Positions 25,801-32,000 of a stretch of DNA of 32,000 nt are shown piece after piece (position 1 is the stretch's first letter; the number at the start of each line of letters is the position of its first letter). This DNA comes from Mycobacterium phage StAugustine. The stretch lies in the sequence record PV251870.1; one strand, written 5' to 3'. The notes below the pieces were generated by a model. The model ran no database searches. It was given only the letters and a program-made list of their open reading frames with translations, and was not told the origin of the DNA. A program made the position numbers and the translations under genes.

Positions 25801-28800
25801 GGTGGCGAGGGAATCATCATCCCCGAGGCGATGCGGGCCTTGGGCGGGGACTGGCTCTACGGCCTCAACTCGATGTTCCGGAGCGGGCTCCCCCGAGAGA
25901 ACTACTACGGCGGTGGGATCGTCCGCGGGTTTGACGGCGGAGGGGTAATCAGCGGTCACGGTCTCGGTCCGCTGCCGGGTCCCATCGATCCAGACGATCC
26001 GCACCTCACCGAGCTGCAGCGGATCAGTGCCCTGCTGGCTGGTCAGGCTCCTGGTCCCCTGACCAGCCTGCAGCAGACTGCGAAGCAGAACGTCGCCACG
26101 GGCGGTCTGCCTCCGGGGATGCTGCCTCCCGGAACCCGACCAGGCCGGATTGGTCCGTTCGGCACGCCGATCAAGCCATCGGTCCCTGCGTACGACATGG
26201 CCGCTGGCGCCATTCGGGCGCTCGGCGGTGACCCGGAGATCGTGCTGGGCCCGAACCCCATCGACTACGCGATGAACCAGTGGAAGCAGATCCAGCAGCA
26301 GATGCCGAAGATCCCGGGCACGCCGGGGTACAGCGGCAACGCGGGACCGGGCTACAGCCTCTGGGACGAGATCGCCAAGGCCGAGTCGGGCGGGAACTGG
26401 TTCGACAACAACTCCGGTGGACACACCACGAGCTCCGGAGCGCCGCGCGGCGGCCTGCAGATCACCGACGGCACCTGGCGCGCGTACGGCGGTCTGGAGT
26501 TCGCCCCCACAGCCGCTCAGGCGTCTCGTGCTGATCAGATCAAGGTCGCCGAGCGGATTGCCTTCGAGGGATACAACGGAGTCGCTCCGCAGGGCCTGGG
26601 GGCCTGGGAAGTGGTGACGCAGGGCAAGGTCCCGAACGTCAACGTGAACACGCCGCGTGAGGCGTTCCGCGATGCGGCCTCAGCCCAGCAGGTGCTGACC
26701 GCGCCGCCGCAGGCACCAGCGCCGTGGGACCCGAACTCGGCCAGCGCTCCTACGCAGGGCCCAGCGCAGCCGCTGGCTCCCGGGCAGGCGCCGCCCCCCG
26801 GCGCCATCTGGATGCCGGGGCTCAACAGCTGGGTCCTCAACGGTCAGAAGATCGGCGGATCGCCACCCGCTCCGGGACAGCCGACAGTCGCGGGCGGAGG
26901 CACCTCCCCGAAGCCGCTATTCGGGCCGCCGTCCCCCGACGGGACAGTTTTGGGCCAGAATCCGTGGTCCCCGACGCAGACCCCGGCTCAGACTGCAACC
27001 CCGCCTGCCGCGGCACCGGCGAGTGCCGGCCTACCTGGAACCTCCGCGCCGAATCTCCACGGGGCGAACTCCTACCTCGGCCCGATTTGGCAGGCGATCC
27101 AGGCCCAGTTCCCGGGCCTGCAGATCACCGCGGGCAAGGACGACCACAGCGTCGACGGCGGCTACCACCCGAAGGGGATGGCCCTCGACATCGGCGGCGA
27201 CCCGCAGCAGATGGCCGCGCTGGCGAACTGGCTGACGCAGTTCGCGCCGTACGTACAGCAGCTGATCCACGAGGGACCTGGCGTCTCGCAGAACATCCTC
27301 AACGGGAAGCTGGTCCCGGCGATCGACATGTCCGGTAGCCCCTACACCACCAGCGAGGCGGGCGACCACAGCACGCACGACCACCTGGCAGTGACGCCTG
27401 AGCAGGCTCAGGCGCTGTACGCAGCCATGACCGGCGGTGGAGTGCTCCCTCCGGGCGCGTTCGGCGGTAGTGGTGGCTATGCCGGCAGCGGAATCCCGGG
27501 CTTCGGCGGTGGACTGGGATCCGGCTCCGGAGGTCCCGTCCCCGTCTACGTCGTCAACATGCCCGGTGCGCAGGCCCAGCAGGCGTGGAACATGCTCCAG
27601 GGTCCCGTCAATCAGGTCACCGGTGCCGCGGGCGGCGTCGCGGGTGACGTCGGTGAGCAGGTCATCAAGGCGTCCGGACGGGCAGTGTTCGACGGCGCTG
27701 GTCGCAATCTCACAGCCGCTCCCGGCACCCCGAACGCCCAGCTCGCCTCGCTGGTGCGCGAAGGCAACCCGATGGCGCTCGCCGCGCTGGCCGGGTTCGA
27801 CGTCCCCGACTTCACCCGGCAGGGCAACGTCGGCTTCACCTCGGGCGACATCATGGGGCCGGATCAGCAGTTCGACGCCACCGGCCGCCTGATCTCGAAC
27901 ACCACCGGTCTGGTTCAGCGAACCTTCACCAGCCTCACCGGCCAGGTCGACGCTATGCGGACGCAGCTGGTCTCGGCCACTCGCGGTGTCAGCGAGCGGC
28001 TGACCGAGGGAGCGATCGGCCCCGTCTTCAAGGCAGGAGTGACCAGCGGTATCTCCGAGCTGCCGAACGCCATCGTCCAGAACATGGGCAACGAGATCGG
28101 CCTCGCGGCCGCGGGCCCGATCGGCGAAGCTGTGGCCCAGAACCAGCCGAACAGCGACGCGAGCGCGCTGGCCGCCGTTCCGTTCCAGGCCGGAGCTGCA
28201 ATCATCCCGATGGCCACCGGTGGTCCAGTCTCCGGCGGCACGCCTGGCAAGGACAGCGTGCCGGCCATGCTGATGCCTGGCGAGTGGGTGCTCAACCGCG
28301 ACCAGGTGAACGCCATGGGCGGGTTCTCGGGCGTCTCGCGCTTCGCAGCTGGCCTGTCCAGCGGCAAGATCCAGCACTTCGCCGCAGGCGGCGGAGTGGT
28401 CGGCAACGACACCGTCGGCGCCGACTTCTTCGGGGTCAGCCAGATCCCGGTGATCGGTGCGATCGTCAACCTGCTGGTCCGAGTGCTGCTCGGTGTGCTG
28501 GGCGTGGAGATCAAGGTCCGCGACACCCTGAACGACATCACCGACGACTTCAGGTCGTTCCGCGGCACCATCCAGGCGTTCAACGCTCAGGGTCAGCTGC
28601 TCAACGACACCTCGGGCCTCGCGGAGCGCAGTACGACCAGCGAGCAGACCGCGATCAACGAGCGCATCCGCATCCTGAAGATCGTCATCCAGGCGCTGGT
28701 CGAGTTCATCATCGAGAAGATCATCGTCCCGCTGACCAAGGCGGTGCTGAACGCAGCCCTGCAGGCGGGATCGGCAGCCGCCGGCGGTGCGATCAACACC

Positions 28801-29346
28801 CAGGCGCCTGGTGCGGGCACGGTCGCGCAGAGCTTCATCAACGCGTTGGGGTCTGCGGGCATCGACATCGGCGCTCAGATAGGCTCCGACATCGCGGTGA
28901 ACTTCAGCAATGTGCTCATCGACATGATCGGCAGCGGCCTCCAGAGCAGCTTCCCGGGCCTGCTCGGCGGCCTGCTGGGCGGCAACGTCCTCGGCGGCAT
29001 CCTCTCGCCGGTCGGCGGCATCCTCGGCGCCCTGATCAGCGCACCGCTGGGGCTGGCGACCATGCTGCTAGGGACACTGTTCGGAGGAGGAGCAGCGGGT
29101 GGTCTCAGCGTTTTCGATGAAGGTGGCGTCGCTCAGGGACTCGGCCTGATGCCGAAGAACATCATCCAGCCGGAGCGCGTGCTGTCGCCGCGGCAGACCG
29201 AGGCGTTCGAGCGGCTGGTCGACATCCTGGCCAGCGGCGAGTTCCGTGGGGGCCGAGAGGTCCATGTCAACGCGCCGATCCACATGACCGGCAGTCAGGC
29301 GACCGGCGAGAGCGTCCGCGACAGCATCCTGTCGCTCATGACATAG
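22825..29346 (+). CDS. Tape measure protein with embedded lytic transglycosylase-like and M15-like peptidase domains
   Basis: 2173 aa, longest ORF; hydrophobic/Ala-Gly-rich central segments; SLWDEIAKAESGGNW... and HPKGMALDIGGD...HSTHDHLAV motifs. Confidence 0.95.
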   Translation: MTDVGKVTVGVEVSASDLGAKLAAEIERAVRPAIAAVNRQLDQLNRKIQRLDGSGLDRLTAKARTAALAIERTGHASRDASLLITRSVDKAIRDYERLADAAERSANRQIAAQARVSAAQAAMGGPPGGGGGRGGGGFYSEPKGARRWISSGGGRGAMSFLGSPVGVNLGALAIGNLIPGATTGIVQMTGAVEKLLNGILLIPGAIAGIATSVSTAMIGFAGLGDAVKQFWQAFKDGDPKSLEKANDLVKDMAPNMQAVIRTVAQLFPQLRAMQQLVQQNIFAGIDQQLRSFADKALPTFQKGLDQVSKAWNRTMTEMLRVGGQSDTQGFLSRIFGSTAQAQDRLNKSIQPFVHAMGTLSAAGADALPRLADVLGEMIQRFDRFISRADANGNLDKWINGAITGFEQLVDITVNLGQTIHNLTTAAGGDFLGWLSDVTKRWAEFTGSAAGQQKFGDFFREGSRQLRQFADFMKPIITDLLPAIIEACARWADVLLPFLTGAVNLLGQFPGAIQALVLGFLAIRTLKPFQGILSDLGVLNKQLDRATTSAQRTAGAVGGIGGGGAPAGGLTRGQRFKAGAADFGRNVGIIAGANVGISGVAGDNSIGNWLAAVGGGAATGAAIGSFGGLPGAAIGAAIGGGVGAAIKGLNELLGSNAHLSAEAAAAQERLADATRRSAAATEVMRDAQRDMLNSLFESTGAIDDSVVARVADKIGAIPDKLAGKLKPEEVDQVRAALEEVGLTSEQMATIVSRGGAQLDALATNLSRLGPGGAAAASALKEINGQLGFTQSVGATAGPAIQRLAETMQLSIEDASAAVNNAFASIPQDVPISIDMPNAPAVVEILEGLGAKIDVINGKPVILNANDLAVQEAITRLEALGIKITTLPTGNIQVDIDQGQLAKIDGDMRSFFERYGKLRVGVDVLLPNQAQYPPGTVAPSDLGGLLGAPGGSAPLPPNPNLVPAIPGGGRASGGVHGVLPGYSPGVDNMLVPLSGGEGIIIPEAMRALGGDWLYGLNSMFRSGLPRENYYGGGIVRGFDGGGVISGHGLGPLPGPIDPDDPHLTELQRISALLAGQAPGPLTSLQQTAKQNVATGGLPPGMLPPGTRPGRIGPFGTPIKPSVPAYDMAAGAIRALGGDPEIVLGPNPIDYAMNQWKQIQQQMPKIPGTPGYSGNAGPGYSLWDEIAKAESGGNWFDNNSGGHTTSSGAPRGGLQITDGTWRAYGGLEFAPTAAQASRADQIKVAERIAFEGYNGVAPQGLGAWEVVTQGKVPNVNVNTPREAFRDAASAQQVLTAPPQAPAPWDPNSASAPTQGPAQPLAPGQAPPPGAIWMPGLNSWVLNGQKIGGSPPAPGQPTVAGGGTSPKPLFGPPSPDGTVLGQNPWSPTQTPAQTATPPAAAPASAGLPGTSAPNLHGANSYLGPIWQAIQAQFPGLQITAGKDDHSVDGGYHPKGMALDIGGDPQQMAALANWLTQFAPYVQQLIHEGPGVSQNILNGKLVPAIDMSGSPYTTSEAGDHSTHDHLAVTPEQAQALYAAMTGGGVLPPGAFGGSGGYAGSGIPGFGGGLGSGSGGPVPVYVVNMPGAQAQQAWNMLQGPVNQVTGAAGGVAGDVGEQVIKASGRAVFDGAGRNLTAAPGTPNAQLASLVREGNPMALAALAGFDVPDFTRQGNVGFTSGDIMGPDQQFDATGRLISNTTGLVQRTFTSLTGQVDAMRTQLVSATRGVSERLTEGAIGPVFKAGVTSGISELPNAIVQNMGNEIGLAAAGPIGEAVAQNQPNSDASALAAVPFQAGAAIIPMATGGPVSGGTPGKDSVPAMLMPGEWVLNRDQVNAMGGFSGVSRFAAGLSSGKIQHFAAGGGVVGNDTVGADFFGVSQIPVIGAIVNLLVRVLLGVLGVEIKVRDTLNDITDDFRSFRGTIQAFNAQGQLLNDTSGLAERSTTSEQTAINERIRILKIVIQALVEFIIEKIIVPLTKAVLNAALQAGSAAAGGAINTQAPGAGTVAQSFINALGSAGIDIGAQIGSDIAVNFSNVLIDMIGSGLQSSFPGLLGGLLGGNVLGGILSPVGGILGALISAPLGLATMLLGTLFGGGAAGGLSVFDEGGVAQGLGLMPKNIIQPERVLSPRQTEAFERLVDILASGEFRGGREVHVNAPIHMTGSQATGESVRDSILSLMT

Positions 29347-29355
29347 GAGAGGTGA

Positions 29356-30786
29356 ATGGCATTCCGCGGCTACTTCGCCTTGAACGGCGTCGAGATTGCG
29401 AACAGCTCTCGCGTGCTGGAGCACATCGGCAAGACCGTCCCGACCAACGACCTCGTCATCGGCGGCGCGGGGTCCTCGTGCGCGCTGGAGGTGCTGGACG
29501 ACGACGAAGGCCTAGCAGAGCTCCCAGATACGTCTGAGGTCTTCGACGACGACGAGGGCCTGGCGACACCGCCGGACGGTTCGCGGCTGCTCGACCCCGG
29601 GCTGGCCATCGTCGGGGACTGCTGGCTGCCCAGCGGGCTGTGCGGATGCACCTCGCTGGAGGTCGTCGGCGACGACACCTGGCCGGGGCTGCGCGAGTAC
29701 CTCGAAGACGCGATCTACCGTCCCGAGCTGGCGCCGTGGTACTCGACCGAGATCCCGCAGTCGGCTGAGTTCGGCGGCGTCTGGGTGATGGACGCGAAGG
29801 GGTTCGGACCTGCGGTGACAGACCGCCAGGTCGCCGAGAAGGTCGGCTCGGGCGGGTCCGCAGGCCCTCACCGCTACGCCAGCCGGAAGATGTCGTTCGA
29901 CGTGCTGCTGGTCGCCTGCACCAACGCTGGGCTGGAGTACGGCGTCCAGTGGTTGCAGTGCAAGCTGGCCGAGACCATCGACGCCGACGGCGTGCTGCGG
30001 TTCTTCAAGGCCCACCCGAACACTGACGCCGACCCCGCATCGCTGATCCGCGAGCTCCACGGGGTCGTCATGACCCAGTCGGTGACGTCGAACCAGGGGT
30101 ACGTCACCGGCGGGATGAGGAACCAGCAGGCGACGATGTACCGCGCCTCGTTCGAGCTGGTCGCCGAGGACCCGTACGTCTACCTGCCTCGGGTTCGGAT
30201 CCCGCTGGAGTTCGACGAGATTGCCACCGAGGGCGTCAGCTGGGTGATGGCCGAGAAGTATGCCATGCCGAAGGACTGCAACCCGGCGACGACGCTCGTC
30301 TCGGTCACTGCGCCGCCGAAGACGATCGACCTCACCGATCGGACCCGGGTCCCGTCGTCCGGCGGCGGGATGCCGGTGTGCGCGGTCGACCGCTACATCT
30401 ACACGCTGCCGACCTGGGACGCGCCGGTCACATGCCGCGAGACCGTGGTGTCGATGAGGATCACGAATAACTCCTCGCACCCCCTGACGCTGCAGGGCTG
30501 GTGGAAGAACTGCCTCGATCCGGAGGAGTGCGACCGGGATCGCTGGCCGGTCCAGATCGCAGGCATGCCGGGACTGTCGACCATCGTGCTCGACGGCATC
30601 TCGCGCACGTACTGGGGCGAGCGAAAGCAGCAGCGGCTGGACACGCTCGGCATCGTCGGAACGCCGTCAGGCATCCCGTGGCGGCCGCCGGTCATCGACC
30701 GCAGCCTGTGCTGGCAGTTCGAGGCGCTGGCACCCGTCGAGTCCGACTTCGAGATCACGCTGGACCTCCACGACCGGGAGGCGTAG
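29356..30786 (+). CDS. Minor tail protein (distal-tail-like)
   Basis: 476 aa, first gene after tape measure; WP..RNR-like distal tail layout with C-terminal carbohydrate-binding-like segment. Confidence 0.65.
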   Translation: MAFRGYFALNGVEIANSSRVLEHIGKTVPTNDLVIGGAGSSCALEVLDDDEGLAELPDTSEVFDDDEGLATPPDGSRLLDPGLAIVGDCWLPSGLCGCTSLEVVGDDTWPGLREYLEDAIYRPELAPWYSTEIPQSAEFGGVWVMDAKGFGPAVTDRQVAEKVGSGGSAGPHRYASRKMSFDVLLVACTNAGLEYGVQWLQCKLAETIDADGVLRFFKAHPNTDADPASLIRELHGVVMTQSVTSNQGYVTGGMRNQQATMYRASFELVAEDPYVYLPRVRIPLEFDEIATEGVSWVMAEKYAMPKDCNPATTLVSVTAPPKTIDLTDRTRVPSSGGGMPVCAVDRYIYTLPTWDAPVTCRETVVSMRITNNSSHPLTLQGWWKNCLDPEECDRDRWPVQIAGMPGLSTIVLDGISRTYWGERKQQRLDTLGIVGTPSGIPWRPPVIDRSLCWQFEALAPVESDFEITLDLHDREA

Positions 30787-31880
30787 TGCTCATCACCAAC
30801 GAGCAGCAGATCGTCCTGCGCACCTTCGACGGCCACCAGCTCATGCAGTGGTTGCCTGAGGACCTCACCTCGCTGCAGTGGGGCCGCGAGCTGCGGCAGG
30901 TCTCCAAGAGCACTATGCAGCTCGGGTCGGTGCTCGACCGGAAGGGAAACGCCCCGCCGATCGTCCCCTGGCTGCACTGGGTCGACGTCTATTCGACCGA
31001 CCCCACGCCACGGCTCTACTGGAGCGGGCCGATCCAGCACATCGAGATGACCGAACGCAGCACCTCGATCACGGCTGCGGACGTCAGCGCGTGGATGGAG
31101 CGCACCCGCATCCCGATCAGCAAGATGTGGGATGGGATCGACCCCAGCGTCGCGGCGATGGAGCTGTGGATGGCGATGCTGGAGCAGAAGGGACTGCTCC
31201 ACGTCGAGCCCGTGCAGCGGCTCGACCCGAACGCCAACCGGTTCGACTACCAGGTCACCAGCAACTCGACGACGGTCGACAAGGCCATCCAGGAGCTGGA
31301 GACGATGGGGTTCCGCTGGTGTGTGGTCGCCGGCGTGCCCATCCTGGGTTCCATGCCCGAGACGCCGCGGGCGGGCCTGGACAAGGAGGACTTCATCGGC
31401 GATGGGCTGATGCTCGTCCGCGACGGCTCGGCGACGTACAACGACGTGCTGCTGCGCGGGGCGGATAACCTCGCGCAGGCCACGCGGGAGCTGAACGGGC
31501 TGTCGCTCCAGACGATCGTCAACGTCGACTCGATGTTCGGGCTGACCAACGTCAACGCCGCAGCGCAGGAGTACGTCGACGAGGTCGGTCGATTTCGCTC
31601 GTCGATCCAGGTCGCGGCCGGGACGACTCTCAACCCGGACGCTGACCTCGACATTCAGCACCTCATCCCGTCGGCTCGCTTCACCGTGGACGCCTTCGGA
31701 GTTCGCTCGATCCAGGAGCTAACGTCCCTGTCGGTCGTCACGGAGAGCGGACGGTCCCAGGTGACCGTGGCCATGGACGAAGTAGTAGACCGTACCGAGA
31801 TAGGGGATATGCTCAAGACTGGCGGAGCGGCATCGTTCCAGTCAGGCACTCGGACATCTGTGGATCAGGGGCAACCGTGA
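30786..31880 (+). CDS. Minor tail protein
   Basis: GTG at 30786 (364 aa) overlapping the upstream stop; MLITNEQQIVLRTFDGHQLMQWLPEDLTSLQWGRELRQVSKS...; track ORF from 30501 is overextended. Confidence 0.7.
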   Translation: MLITNEQQIVLRTFDGHQLMQWLPEDLTSLQWGRELRQVSKSTMQLGSVLDRKGNAPPIVPWLHWVDVYSTDPTPRLYWSGPIQHIEMTERSTSITAADVSAWMERTRIPISKMWDGIDPSVAAMELWMAMLEQKGLLHVEPVQRLDPNANRFDYQVTSNSTTVDKAIQELETMGFRWCVVAGVPILGSMPETPRAGLDKEDFIGDGLMLVRDGSATYNDVLLRGADNLAQATRELNGLSLQTIVNVDSMFGLTNVNAAAQEYVDEVGRFRSSIQVAAGTTLNPDADLDIQHLIPSARFTVDAFGVRSIQELTSLSVVTESGRSQVTVAMDEVVDRTEIGDMLKTGGAASFQSGTRTSVDQGQP

Positions 31881-32000
31881 ACGAAGCGCAGTGGGCTCGT
31901 GACGTCGAGCGCCGACTGCGATCCCAGGCGAATCCTCAGTCGGCGCGCGTCGGGGAGTGGGTCCTCAACGAGGTCGGCGGCGACCTGGTGGCCTCGAAGC
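31877..32000 (+). CDS. Partial tail-module protein, runs off the window
   Basis: GTGA overlap with upstream stop; MNEAQWARDVERRLRSQANPQSARVGEWVLNEVGGDLVASK... Confidence 0.5.
   Translation, partial: MNEAQWARDVERRLRSQANPQSARVGEWVLNEVGGDLVASK

Noticed and set aside
24466-26424. Minus-strand ORF of 652 aa inside the tape measure gene
   Set aside because: Antisense shadow of the tape measure frame; no RBS or domain signal seen.
1-32000. CRISPR arrays, tRNA or rRNA genes
   Set aside because: No regularly spaced direct repeats and no recognisable tRNA or rRNA sequence were noticed by eye; a tRNAscan-SE run would be needed to exclude a divergent tRNA.

Overview
This 32 kb window is GC-rich and looks like part of a long-tailed dsDNA actinobacteriophage (siphovirus) or prophage. 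The left edge (~0.36-6.1 kb) holds a tightly packed 7-deazaguanine DNA-modification cassette: a DpdA-like transglycosylase, a class II glutamine amidotransferase fused to QueC, QueD, QueE and FolE, preceded by a ParB-like nuclease-domain protein and an Rv2179c-like exonuclease. Together these enzymes would be enough to make preQ0 from GTP and insert a 7-deazaguanine base into DNA. The rest is a virion module: TerL, a small minus-strand island with a RuvC-like resolvase and an untracked membrane microprotein, DUF1360-type membrane protein, portal, maturation protease, a major capsid protein with an acidic scaffold-like N-terminus, an r1t-type holin plus three more membrane proteins, major tail protein, connectors, chaperone, a 2173-aa tape measure with two candidate muralytic domains, and minor tail proteins. 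The most notable non-coding signal is a recurring TANNNT box placed 6-7 nt upstream of eight start codons that mostly lack a Shine-Dalgarno. This points to leaderless promoters. Three hairpins, one with a T-tract, punctuate the layout. Three small coding ORFs absent from the supplied track are also proposed (5190-5321, 8066-8221 minus, 16737-16880). All family calls are by eye from motifs; no database search was run.
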